DNA of 63,735 nt, filler included, from Craspedostauros australis (Eukaryota), in the NCBI GenBank assembly GCA_030167865.1. It is 8 parts of 8 records of this genome, joined end to end, with 100 filler letters (N's around TTAATTAATTAA, not from the genome) between each part and the next. Parts side by side here need not be neighbours in the genome. Positions count along the whole stretch, not along the records: positions 35,156 to 43,087 come from JALAGF010003775.1; positions 43,188 to 45,849 come from JALAGF010003777.1; positions 45,950 to 51,318 come from JALAGF010003779.1; 5 more parts are not named here. The stretch is one strand, 5' to 3'. The notes below the pieces were generated by a model, which had not been told where the DNA came from, did no database searches, and saw only the letters and a list, made by a program, of their open reading frames with translations. Each line of letters starts with the position of its first letter. Positions within the stretch are counted from its first letter, which is position 1. The position numbers and the translations under genes are program-made. This document shows positions 37,808-50,690 of the stretch, in pieces.

Positions 37808-40461
37808 GCAATCATCAGAAGCGAAAAGAAGAAATTGCCGTTGTCTTGTGTGAGCACTATTGCACGGATTCACGGTGGCACATCCACCATGCGAGTTGCG
37901 CAGAGACCGAGATCCACAGCCCCATCTACTGTTCCTCATGCACAGAGAGGTTGCGTGCTGAGTTCCGCTCTACACAATCGTTGTCGATGCTGTCAGACGT
38001 CAGCATCGTGGCACTGACATCTCTCTGGGTTGGCGTTTCATACTTCTTCGTATCGTTTGGATCATCTTCAAGGTAGGCTTGAACGTAACGGCCGCTTGGC
38101 TTGGCATAACAACAGGTTTCCATGTGCCTATTTCAATACACACTATTCCTTGCGGAGAGGTCGACGTAGCACACCAGCACAGAGCAAAGTGCAGAGTTGA
38201 AGTAGCCTGTTCCATTGGTGGAGTTGAAGGAAGAAGACCTGGTCTATGCCATACCAACACGTCATGCTTTTTCAAAAACCGCATAACCCCAGGGAGCCTG
38301 CATACGACTTCATCCACCATCCCACTCATCAAGCACAACCCACCAGAAGTTTGGCATTGCAGGTTGCATGGAACAGTGCATACACTAGAGGGGCATATCT
38401 CAAGGACGTCAATGTTGACATCCTTGACTGTTCGAAAGATATTGATGTTGTGGTATGTTCTGCACAACTACCGCCACGTGGTGTGGCAGCATTCACGAAT
38501 AACACCGTACCTCCGGCATTCTATTCCGGCACTTCATTGGAGTTGTATGAAGGAGGGCGCTGGGTGTCTTGGTGGCATGCAGCACCGCACATCAGGCAAC
38601 GACGTGGTGCTTTGTTTGTTGAGAATTTAGCGAAAGACGAACAGATGGTGCCGCAATCGCGGGTATACGTAGACCGACACGCCTTTTGGGACAGGTCGTG
38701 CTGTCTTGAAGGGAGCAAACGGCGAAATCAACCAACCAACTGCCGAAACGCCAGAGGGAGGGACACCACGCACTTATTTGTCACACTGACATGGTTTGCA
38801 TGGCGACGTTGCATGTTCTCCCTCCCTCTCTCTCTCTCTCGCTCTCTGTCTGTCTGTTGCCACGTCGGTCTCACCGTGACACATATGTTACATGGCGCCT
38901 GCGTGTCTCCCACAATGCAGAAGTGGAGACCCTCAATGATGACATCCCACTACCCCATCAACGCCCATGCAGACACACTACGGCGCACAGATGGAATGAT
39001 GACAACAAAGGACAGTTCAGGCGCCTGCGTGCGATCGGTTGTGCGCCGTTGTCGCAATGTCGCACTCCCCAACGCAGGAAAATGCGCATTTTGTGAATAC
39101 AATAGTCGTTTTTGTGCAATTTGCGCTCTGACTATGTAGCCGTGTTGCGACACCAATCATGGCAGCTTCGATGGGGTTGTGTGCACCTGTACAAGAGAAG
39201 AATGTAGGGAACCTAAATTCATGACTTCAACACAGCTACACCGACGAGGAGAGCTCCATGACAAGCATTGTAAAGAACTAGCCTCCTGTGGCAAGTCTAC
39301 AATAAGACATCAAACCTGCGTTCCTTGCGCAAAAGTCCCCAAGGGTGCTCTCATGCGCATGCAGCTGGCGACGTTTATGCGGTGCGCAGGTGCTGGCCAC
39401 CTACTGCGAAGGTGTCCCCACATCGACTCCGCGACGCACTTGCGATGTAGAGTCAGAGTAGTTGGCATGACAGCGGTGAGTCGACGCGTGGAGTCGCTTG
39501 ATGCAGGCAGATGACGTCTTCACATTGTTGGCGACGAGTGATGTCACCGACGGAGGTTTTCGCATGAGAACTTGATAGGGAGATAGTGGGCTGTGTGTTG
39601 CGTTTGCTGCACTATCGTGGGTGGTATCACCAACATAGAAGGTAACGATACCATTGGGAACGTCGACGTCATTGAAACGAAGCAGTGCACTGCCTGTTTC
39701 TAGATGCGAACGTGCATGCCGCCCCAAATGGGAGAAGACGCGACTACCATGTTCCAGAGTTTGATGTCAGTGACTTAGTCCCTGACATTGGGCACGACTA
39801 TAAGTCATGGAGGTAGACAAACTGACGAATGTAATTCTCTTTTTGCGTTGTTTTCGCCAAATGCAAAGCACGACTACATTGAAGAAAGCATGGCATTATT
39901 GTTACATCCGTTGTGTTGCACTTGTTCTGTGATCCTTTTTCTCTGTACCTATCATGCCATACGTACGAACGTACGTATCTGACATCGAGAATTTCGTATG
40001 TGCCCCGATTGTCTGCCTTTTGCACCAGGCAGGCCTGATGTGCACCTGCTGACGACGTGGCGCTTGAGAAGTAGTTGCTGGTTCGATCTTCCCTCCTCTC
40101 TGTCTGCAACGACGACGTGTTGAACCGCTCGGCAGCTTTCTGATCTGATGCTCTTCCCGCGGATGTGCGGGTTGATGAGCGTGTGGGCGATCACGTTGGA
40201 GACAGGTTGAAGCAGACAGAGACCACGAGGTCGATGCCGACGTCGTTGATGAACGCGTTGACAACAACGCAAACCATGACATGAAGGATGATCGCATCAC
40301 TCCAAAGTCACATCACAGCTGCTTGAATGTTGTCGTGGTCATACAACAAGACCTTCCAACCCTTGCACCACTCCAATTGGAACTACCACCACAACCACAG
40401 TTCCAGGCGCAGCTACACCAGCAATCACCATCGTATCAGCACAATCAACCCACGCACGACC

Positions 40462-42906
40462 ATGTCGGCAAGGAAAGTGTGGTCGCGCAATGCCCCAGAG
40501 GTCCAACAGCTGCGAGGGATGCTGATCTCCGGTGAGATACCATCTTCCCTCCCCCCAGCTGTGGTGTGGGAACAGAACAGCTTTCTCCACGTGTTCATTG
40601 AGGCGCAGTTTGCAAGGAACTACCGCAACCTTCAACGTCAGATCGCAATGGAGCTTGGTACGTCATGATGCGCAACACTGGTCCTCAATGATGTCTGTGT
40701 TGCTCGCCATTTTGAATCAGAACATTGCTTCTGTATTGCCACTCTAATGTCCACTCACTTCCTTTCAGGCCGCACCAACCCTTTCGCTGCTCCCGATATC
40801 ACAACGTATGTTGAAAATCGGCATCATGTGTCCCCTGCCTCGCGAGCGAATCCATCGATGTCGCCATCTGTGTTCCTCAACACTGCATCATCGAACAACA
40901 CAGATTCCGCGAATCATGGTCATGGGGGACCAACAGCAGCAACAACGTCGCCACACGATGCCAATTCCGTGAACACGGCGACGCCCTCCCCAACATTCCC
41001 TGGTGTTTTGTTGCAGCCTGCACCACCGCGCCAGCTATCGCCATCGGCATATGCCTGGCCACAGGGAATGTCTCACGGAAATACTCCGCTTGCTAGTTCA
41101 TCCCAGCCGCCTGCTCTCCCAACCACGGGATGGAGCCCATCGCCACCAAGAACGGAGGCAGAGGCGGTAGCAGCAGCAACAGCAGCAGACAGAAACTGTC
41201 AATTCATGATTCCAAAACAAGCAAGGGTTCTCCCTTCGGTGAAGGAATGGGTGGCGCAAAACGCCTCCATTGTGCTGCCGGCCATTCGTCACCAGTACGA
41301 GAACAGTGCTGGACATCGAGTGCTCGGGATTGATTTCGAGCTGCCAGCCGGAACCTCTGAGGAGGACATCCGAAGCCTGGTGTCGGAGGATGGTACGTGT
41401 CTGGAGGTGCACATTACCGCAAACTCCAACCTACGATCAACCATATCCCAAGACAATGCCATGATCGACCATCGAAATGGTGCCTCGGACGGAGTGCGCC
41501 TATTCGGGTTTGAGTTGCAGACCGAACGACGTGCAGCATACCGTTCGGCGGTGGCAATGGTCTCAACACACCATTTCACGATTGTGAGAGTGCATCGGGA
41601 GACCCTACCATTCCAAGTCAGTGGAAGGCTTGAAGGCACCAACGACAACGTCATGCTTGGAAGCACTTTTGTGAACCCCACCATCCCATTGAATAATGGA
41701 AAAGGTGAAGTCCCTGCCCCACTGCTCCTCGTGCGCATGGTTGAAGGGCATTCTATGCGCCCTGTACCAGCCGCACCCATGAGTCGAGCCACTTACTCCT
41801 CATGCGCTGGGAACTGGCCAGCTGGGGGCCAAATCCTTCCTCGAGGTTCTGTGGGGAGCCCACGTCACCCCCACAACAACAGAACGGGTGAGAGCATTGT
41901 TGATCTGATGGAGTCAGGCAGCTCCGCAGATGAGGACTCCTTGGATAACTCTACAGGGGGCATGCCGCCACCTCGACGTCGCAGTGTGCAACATCAGAAG
42001 GTAAGAACACACTGAGCAGAATATTGGTTGCATGCATTGCTCATGTTCTCACACCATCCTCCTCTTTGCACATTGATTTGGCTCTATCTGCCACAACACA
42101 CACATCACACACAACAACATGCAAACCACAAACGCCAATGAACTGCAACAATGAACAAGAACCATGATGAAAGGGTGGACGCCACAAACTGTGAGGATGT
42201 GATAAGCATCCACTCGTCATGCGCCGATGACGAAATGTTCCGCTCATGCAGAAGAATCCGGAGTGCATCAACGAAGCACTGCAGCAGGAAGGGCTCGCGG
42301 GAGAGTGTGTGCAGTGCATACAGCCGCTGCTCCAAACGCAGCCATCGGACCAGCAGGAGTCGTCGCACCTACAGTGATGATCTGAGTGTGTCCAGTGCAA
42401 AGTCCAGTCACAGTCGACACAGCACGAGCAGCATGACTAGGAAGAACAGGAATGCAATCAGCCGCGATGCCATACGCAATGCAGCGCACAGAATGCACTC
42501 AGACACCGTCAGCGTCCGGTATCATAAGGCCAACGGACGAAAGGAGGCAAGATATGGGACCGCAAGCACTGGCAACATGAGCGTTGCCAGTGCAAGGAGC
42601 TGTGCAACATCGCGAAGCAACAGAAGTGGCAGAAGCAATAGGAGTATCCGAAGCATGAAGAGCACCCAATCTGGAAGCAACAGGAAGCCAGCAGCAAAAG
42701 TCCTTCCCAGCACAAGCAGGAAGGATGATGGTGGAAACAGCAACAAGAGCAAGAATGGTGCAGCCACTTCCAACACACCAACAGCCGCTGCAAAAGTAAC
42801 TGTGGTAACACGCAGCAGCACGCGCCGGCATCCTACCGCATTGAAGGACAACAAGAAGCCCTTGCCGCAGGGAAGCAAACAGAATTCGGCAGCAGAAGCA
42901 AAGTAA
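40462..42906 (+). CDS. Probable transposon accessory gene; 3 exons (40462-40657, 40769-42000, 42160-42906), ~725 aa: helical N-domain, P/S linker, HSP20-like domain, S/R/K-rich tail
   Basis: GTACGT...TTTCAG intron joins MELG|RTNPF in frame; GTAAGA donor at 42001 is in phase with the 42151 ORF (third-exon acceptor less certain). Confidence 0.6.
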
Positions 42907-43306
42907 CAAGGCAGCACCATATGGCACAGCATCGGAACGAATGAAGACATAAGACAGCAGCTGAAGGCAGCACCAAAGCAACAGCGGTATGAACAAGAGA
43001 TCAAGAATGAATGATATATCAACACCGACCAAACCACACCAACAACAACAAAACCACACAAAAAGCAAAAAACGAAAACAATATAAANNNNNNNNNNNNN
43101 NNNNNNNNNNNNNNNNNNNNNNNNNNNNNNNTTAATTAATTAANNNNNNNNNNNNNNNNNNNNNNNNNNNNNNNNNNNNNNNNNNNNCACAATTTCCAAA
43201 AGGAACCAAAATTCCGGAAGAAATTGTCGCAGCAAACAAACACGAATAAACAAATAAAAGAAAGACAACAGACAGCAAAAATAACCAGTAAGACAACGAA
43301 CCAACG

Positions 43307-45849
43307 ATGGCGACACCGAGGAGCAAGATGACGAGACCGTCCGGCCAAATGCCGATGGAAGCGTATATCCGAGGAGCAATCAACAACAACAAAACAACAG
43401 GAGTAGAGAGAAGAGAGGGAGAGGCGCAAGAGGGATTGAGCAGGAGAAGAATTGGGCAAGAAACGGGCAAGAACGATGGAAAGCAAGGGAGAGGGGCACG
43501 AAAAGTCGAGTGCGCAGCAGGGAAGTATTGCAAGGGAAGAGGAAGGGCGGCAGCAGCAGTCAGATGCATCGCGTGCGGAGAGCCGGCACACAGAGAGTGT
43601 AGGGCATGGATTAAGCCAGAAGAAGGGCTGACAACACCGAGAGGGTTCCCGGTGGTCTGCAAACAATGTATCGCAAAAGAAGGCATCAACGTCCAAGAAG
43701 AAAAAACAGGACAGCAATACGTGGGGTCATCGGAAGACGCCATCCGAAGAGCACTGAGCAAGAAGTGGGGAAAGATGAAGAATGCGAAAGGCAACAATGA
43801 AGGTACGGCGAAGGATGATGGAGAAAAGCAAGGAGAAGAGAGCAAGCAGGCAACGCGGGTACAGGAACCGACAGCAAACGACGAGGACGAGGGTGCAGAG
43901 GCAGAAACACGAGACAAGACGGGGGAGAAGAAGAGGGACGAAGAGGGAGCGGACGACAGCAGTGAAGATGAGAACGAATGGGACGACGAATGGGAAGAGA
44001 CTACGAAAGGAGGAGGAGACGACGCGCAACAAGAGAAAGGAGGTGCAGAAGGAGGGAACAAGAAGAGGACGACAAGGAGCCCGCGACACGCGATGCAAGA
44101 GGAACAACCACACAAAAGGACGGACCTGCGTAGAATGGGAGGAGAAAAGGAAGACGAGGCAGCCAAACAAGACGACGATGAAGAGAACAAGGAACAAGAA
44201 GGACCAAAGGAGAACGCAATCGGCAGCAGGGGAGACAAGACACAACAGGAGAAAGAGCCAGAACTCCACAAACCAGAAGAAAGCATGGACTGCGACGAAG
44301 CCACACAGGCAGGCAGCAATGAAAGCGGTTTGAACTGGAGAGGAACAGGTCGCGACGAGGCGGTGGAGACGAGGTACTGCGACGTACAAATGATGATAGA
44401 AGGAGGAGACGGGGCGAACGACGCAGGAACGGCGATCGACGCAGCCATTGCGTCATGCAAGGAGTTTCTACGATCGATCCAAAGAGTGAATGCAACAGCA
44501 AAACTCATCCCATGGAATCCCTACGAAGATCAGACTATCGTCCACGCCATGGAGTCATTCCCCACCGACATGACCAACCTGAAGAAATTCTTCAAAGGAG
44601 TAAGACCGATCTACAAGGCAGCACGAGAGAAAGGATACCTGAAGGTGAAGATCGAAGCAAAAGGACAGATCAGCAAAATCACAACGGAGCTGACTGACTA
44701 CTTCCAACACGTGGGAGGAAGATTTGAAGTAGCCAAAATCCAGGCACCATCCACAACGACGCTCGGTTGGCTGCTGTACTCCACACGACAGATTGACGCA
44801 GATGCTCTGGAAGAGGAGCTCACCAAGCTCGCGAAGACACAGGTAGCAATCACGTGGAAACGGATCTCGGATGGTGAGAAGTACGACCCGAATCGGGATA
44901 CAAAGAAAGACCCCCGGGCGTTACACGTGGAGTCAAGCACAGAAGACAGAGCTCTGGTGGCGAAGGTACTCGAAGTGTACTACAGCACACAGGCAAAGAA
45001 GTTCCCACTGGGGGTACGAATGCGGATCATCACACCCCTCTCAGGAATCGTCAATACCGACATGAGGAAAGGGTGGTTCGAACTGAGGGAACGGCAGATG
45101 GAATGGTGTCTGAATGTGGTCGCAATGACGACATACGACATCATACCAGAATGCCTACAGGAAATTCCAGAAGGATCACACCTCACACTTCGGGAGATGA
45201 TCATGAGAACCAAGTCGACTTCAGGCAACATCCGAACGCCTTTATTCACCTCGGTGGACAAACAGTGGAGGGGAAATGGCTATGTGCTCCAATTTCATCC
45301 AGACAAAACAGCGGAAGCCAGAATGGTGGTGAAAGGACTGCTGGTCAAACTGACCGCCGACTACGGAAGTGATGTGGAACGAGTATTCACTTCAATGGCC
45401 CGTGTGGAATCAAGGACGATGCGATGGGATGAAGAGTCCAAGAGAGTGATCTCGGAAAAAGACAAAGAGGTTGAAGCCGCGATGACCATAGACGAGGACA
45501 TGCATTTCGTGACAGACAAGACACAGGAAGAGTCCAGCGACGAGGAGGAGGAGAGATTCGAGAGCAACGTCAGAAAAGAGAAAGACTACGGCGAAGAGGA
45601 TACTATTCCATCCATGAGGGACAAGAAAGCATGGCGAAAAATTAAGGAGACGAAGACAGCACAAAGAAAGAAAGCGCAGAAGAAGAAGGAGGAGGAGGCT
45701 TCGGTAGCATCATCTATCACAGAAGGAAGCAGACAGACCACGGGAACACAACGAGAGAAAGTGGCAATGCTGCAAGAACAGATGGGGAAAATCCTGGAAG
45801 CGAGAGCACAAGGGTCGGTAACATCGACACTCTCGGGTAGCACAGGACG
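43307..45849 (+). mobile_element. Non-LTR retrotransposon ORF1-like protein (possibly Ambal-type) with N-terminal PHD finger; cut by contig end
   Basis: Intronless >840-codon purine-rich ORF; C4HC3 pattern at 43511-43669; motifs IQAPS...LGWLLYS, RALHVE, KFPLGVRMR, PLFTSVD..W that I associate with diatom LINE ORF1; no RT in the contig. Confidence 0.6.
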
Positions 45850-45949
45850 NNNNNNNNNNNNNNNNNNNNNNNNNNNNNNNNNNNNNNNNNNNNTTAATTA
45901 ATTAANNNNNNNNNNNNNNNNNNNNNNNNNNNNNNNNNNNNNNNNNNNN

Positions 45950-47107
45950 GATCAAATCAACGCACGTGAGTAGTGCGCACACACAGTGATACGTATGCTT
46001 CTGTTAATCGCTTTGATGGACTCTGTGTCCTTCGTGTCGCTCTTGGTGTGCATTGAGCAGATGAATCGTCTGATTTTCACCTTTCCTCCTTTTATCTCAC
46101 CTCGGCACTCTGTTTTCATCATCTTGACTCACCCATTCTATTTGATTCCCAACCTCCAGCCAACAACGGAATGAAGAATTCCATGTTGACAGAGATGGGG
46201 TTGCTCACTGATCTGCGCCATCTCAATCTCTGTAAGTATGCATCTCAGCAATCGAAGTATCCATGTGTATTGCATACCGCAGACACACTCCAATCCACCG
46301 TGACCGGACGGTCTTGTTCCATGTTCTGGCTCAGATGGCATCCTCACACAATGTTCATACATTGCTCGCACCTCCACATTTTGTTTCACACAGCTGGGAA
46401 CGAAGTCAAAGGACCGCTGATATCAGAAATAGGGTTGCTCACAAAGTTGACTCGATTGGATCTGGGTAAGTCACGATACTCGTCTGAGCACGGACTCGTT
46501 TGGTACATGCTTGGTACATGCTTGGCGCATGTTTGATGTGTGCTTGGCATATTCAACCCATTCCTCTCGATCAGTTCATCGACCTATCCAAGTCGCTGAT
46601 GAGCATTGGGTGCTTGTCCACGACAGGTCGTAACTCACAATGGCCAACCTCCTTCGTCTATTTCACATCATCACAATCACCTTCTCTCATTGTCGTACTC
46701 GTGCGTACTCATACGCAGAATCAGCTGTCATGTTTGGAGAAATCCCATCCGAACTTGGCAAACTCAGCAACCTTCGGAGGCTTTACCTCGGCTACAACGA
46801 CTTTATTGGTACCATCCCAACGGAACTCAATCAGCTCTCCGCAACTCTCGATCTGGAACTCTTGACAATGGTCAACATCAGTGTCACCGGCGACATCAAT
46901 TCGATTGTTTGCAACGCAACAGATCCAACGCAGCAACGCAATGCCGGTGAATACTCAGCCCAATGCCTACCATTCGATGATGGTGAGCCACCGGCCGTTA
47001 CGTGTGATTGCTGCAGCGTCTGCTGCAACACCACGATCTGCTGTGACATGATGGGCGATGAAGCGTGCTATGATCTTCCTGACAGCTCTCCCGGCAGAAG
47101 ACAATGA
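45950..47107 (+). CDS. 3' part of an LRR protein with Cys-rich C-cap; exons <45950-45965, 46160-46231, 46394-46465, 46719-47107
   Basis: 24-aa LRRs (GEIPSELGKLSNLRRLYLGYNDFIGTIPTEL); VTCDCCSVCC cap; canonical splice sites. Confidence 0.85.
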
Positions 47108-47250
47108 TGGTGTTCTCGCAGAGGGATACTCGTAGTGGGCGAGCACCATCCATACATGTACACATGTACACATACTGACATACTCGTAAGCACGATGAGG
47201 TTTCATCAAATGCGTCTGTAAAATACTCGAAAGGAACAGATCTCGACGAG

Positions 47251-48617
47251 CTATGAGGACCGAAGTTGAATTGTGGTCTGCGTTTCTCTCGCCCCCTTTT
47301 CGAGCAACGCCAGCTGCTCCTTCGTCTTCGATACGGAGACGGTGGGAATTGTCCTCCTGGGGTTCAGGCATTTCAAGCAGTCCACGAGTTCGGGAAAGCT
47401 GGAATGCTCGCTGTAGGGAACAGAGTAGATGGTGATTTTGCCGGAGGATCGTTTGCCCACCAGTCCGCGTCCTGGCTTGGCCGACAGCGACCAGCCCGTC
47501 GGCGAATACCCAACGATACGATCGCATGGTGCCACGCCAGGCGACGCCAATGAGAGCGACATTGCAGTCTCAAAATATTTCGGGAGCTTCTTCATGTTGA
47601 GGTCTCCCATAGGCACAACCCAGATACAGCTGTCGTTGGTCGGCGTCGTCGTGAATAGTGTCATTTGCTCTGGGGGCCACCCTGATGCTTGCAAGACACG
47701 GTACCGCCGCCTATCGACGAAGATGCGCCATCCGAAGTGCTGGGCAACGGCCATGTACATGCGTTCTTTCCCGATCGTGTACGCACCGAACAAATGGAGG
47801 ACTCTGCTGCCGCTCTCTTTCGCCCGCTTCACTTCATCCTGCACGACCTTGAGCGTTGCCTGGACGGTCTGCTCCTGCGACGGCAACGTGTACTTGGGAT
47901 TGCAGTACGTCGTATCCAGGAACAGCTCATCGAGCCGCAACTTCCGGCTGAAGAGAAATGGCTTGAGGTACTGCTGATGGAACATGATGTCGCGGCTCCA
48001 TCGGAAATCGCCAACGTGGAGGATATGCTTCGTGCCGACCTGGAAGAGGAACATGACGGCACCGGGACAATGGTTGGCATCCAGCAACGTCACAGTCACG
48101 GCCTTGCCCCTGCTCTCCACGACCGTGGGTACCATCATGGGCAATGGATGCAGGTATTTCTTGTCAACTCCGAGCTGTGCATTGACCAGATTCGCGGTCG
48201 GCAGCGAGCAGTAGATGATGCCTTGGTTCCATGCGGATGTGATGCCACCGTAGTGGTCGGAATGGAAATGCGTCAAGAAGTAGTTCTTCGTGAAGGATCT
48301 GAGATGATAACGAGCATAGAGTTGTATCGCATTGCATAGTATAATTGATAGGAATGCCATTGTGTCAGTATTCATACGAGTATGGCAGTGGGCGATTTGG
48401 TGTACGAGAATTACGGCAGGATGAGACGAGGTGTCATCAGGGGGTCGTCGTCGTTGATGTGTCGGCAAGGTACGACCTTCGGATGAAAAGAAGCACGCTA
48501 CAAAGGGATAGTCTCATCGGTGGACAAGATCAGCGGCCGGGTCGAGGAATGCAGCCAGCTGATAGGGAGATGAAAATGAAACAGGCGACGTACTCGTTGG
48601 CGTAGTAAAATCCATCG
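47251..48617 (-). pseudogene. SNM1: 5'-truncated or interrupted copy of the SNM1/PSO2 gene
   Basis: Matches 52720-54086, but the match stops inside a coding exon (...FVC|DGFYYANE) and continues into unrelated repeat-bearing DNA. Confidence 0.75.
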
Positions 48618-49149
48618 AGGAAATTCACTAACCAGCCATTTCGAAGTGCCGATTTGCACTAACCAGCCTGATTTGACAACACTTAGTGGCACAAAACGTG
48701 CGAATGTCGAAGCGACATCCCATGGACACAGAGATTTCTTGTCGACATCCGAGGTTAGCACATAAATGTAGACTACCTGTACCATGCACAAAAAGTACAA
48801 TCCACATCATACATGATTGCCATACTAGTCATACAATGCAAGTAAATAGTCCATCCGAATATATGACGTCCAGTGAAGGGAATTAATGCCTACTTTAGTC
48901 GTAGATATGCGCATCATCCATCCGTTTGCTCCGATTCTTTGCGCCTTGGATCGTGCTCTGACCAAGTGTATCATAGGAAAAGATAGACATAGTAAATTTA
49001 CACAAATGTCATCACATCAATGGCAATTCAGTGTGTTTGGGGTAGCGTTTGAGGATCTGTATCCTTCTGGAAGGGGTCACACTATCCAAATCTAGGAATC
49101 TACTGATGCGGTGCCAGACGAATCGCGTTGAAGAGTATGCAGAACGATT

Positions 49150-50687
49150 GTGCATAAAAATGTAGATAACAATGCCATCGAACCCGGCGCCCACTTACAA
49201 TACACCCCAAAGGACGTGGCCACGAAGTATGAGGTCTCCAGTCCATCTGGAAGGCATTCATATCTGGACGTGAATATGATGTGGTGTTGTGTGACAGTAC
49301 TACGAGCTACGCACCATAGTGTACAGTAGATTGTCAAAATGTGCATATAAAATGTCAATCACAATGAAATCCAACCTGGCGGGCACTTACAACACGCCCA
49401 AAAGTGTCTGGTCACGAAGTATGAGGTCTCCAGGCCATCTGGAAGGCATCCATATCTGAGAATCTAGATTTNGNGTGGTGTTGTGGGTGGTAGTACTACG
49501 AGCTACGCACAATACTGTGCAGTAGATTGTCAAAATGTGCATATAAAATGTCAACCGCAATGAAATCCAACCTGGCGGAAACTTACAACACACCCCAAAG
49601 TGTCTGGTCACGAAGTATGAGGTCTCCAGGCCATCAGGAAGGCATCCATATCTGAGAATCTAGATTTCGAGTGGTGTTGTGGGTGGTAGTACTTCGAGCT
49701 ACGCGCGATAGTGTACAGTAGATTGAGAATTAGTGCATATAAAATGTCAACCACAATGAAATCCAACCTGGCGGACACTTACAACACACCTCAAAGTGTC
49801 TGGTCACGAAGTATGAGGTCTCCAGGCCATCTGGAAGGCATCCATATCTGAGAATCTAGATTTGGTGTGGTGTTGTGGGTGGTAGTACTGTGACCTACGC
49901 ACAATACTGTGCAGTAGATTGTCAAAATGCGCATATAAAATGTCAATCACAATCGAATCCAACCTTGCGCCGACTTACAACACACCTCAAAGTGTCTGGT
50001 CACGAAGTATGAGGTCTCCAGGCCATCTGGAAGGCATCCATATCTGAGAATCTAGATTTGGTGTGGTGCCGTGTGTGGCAGTACGATAGCCTACGCACCA
50101 TAGTGTACAGTAGATTGTCAAAATGTGCATATAAAATGTCAATCACAATGAAATCCAACCTGGCGGACACTTACAACACGCCCCAAAGTGTCTGGTCACG
50201 AAGTATGAGGTCTCCAAGCCATCTGGAAGGCATCCATATCTGAGAAGCTAGATTTGGTGTGGTGCCGTGTGTGGCAGTACGATGGCCTACGCACCATAGT
50301 GTACAGTAGATTGTCAAAATGTGCCTATAAATGTCAACCACAATGAAATCCGACCTGGCGGACACTTACAACACACCCCAAAGTGTCTGGTCACGAAGTA
50401 TGAGGTCTCCAGGCCATCTGGAAGGCATCCATATCTGAGAATCTAGATTTNNNNNNNNNNNNNNNNNNNNNNNNNNNNNNNNNNNNNNNNNNNNNNNNNN
50501 NNNNNNNNNNNNNNNNNNNNNNNNNNNNNNNNNNNNNNNNNNNNNNNNNNNNNNNNNNNNACTTACAACACACCTCAAAGTGTCTGGTCACGAAGTATGA
50601 GGTCTCCAGGCCATCTGGAAGGCATCCATATCTGAGAATCTAGATTTTGAGAGGTGCCTTGTGAGGCCGCACGGTGACCTTGGCATC
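49150..50687 (+). repeat. 196-bp tandem array, ~8 units (N gap at 50451-50560)
   Basis: ACTTACAA recurs at 49193, 49385, 49581, 49777, 49973, 50169, 50364, 50561. Confidence 0.95.
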
Positions 50688-50690
50688 AGG

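Noticed and set aside
43087..43188. Harbinger element and LINE ORF1 as one composite element
   Set aside because: Separated by an artificial spacer with no sequence overlap, so adjacency is unsupported
43132..44508. 458-aa hydrophobic S/F/L-rich minus-strand ORF
   Set aside because: Antisense shadow of the purine-rich ORF1
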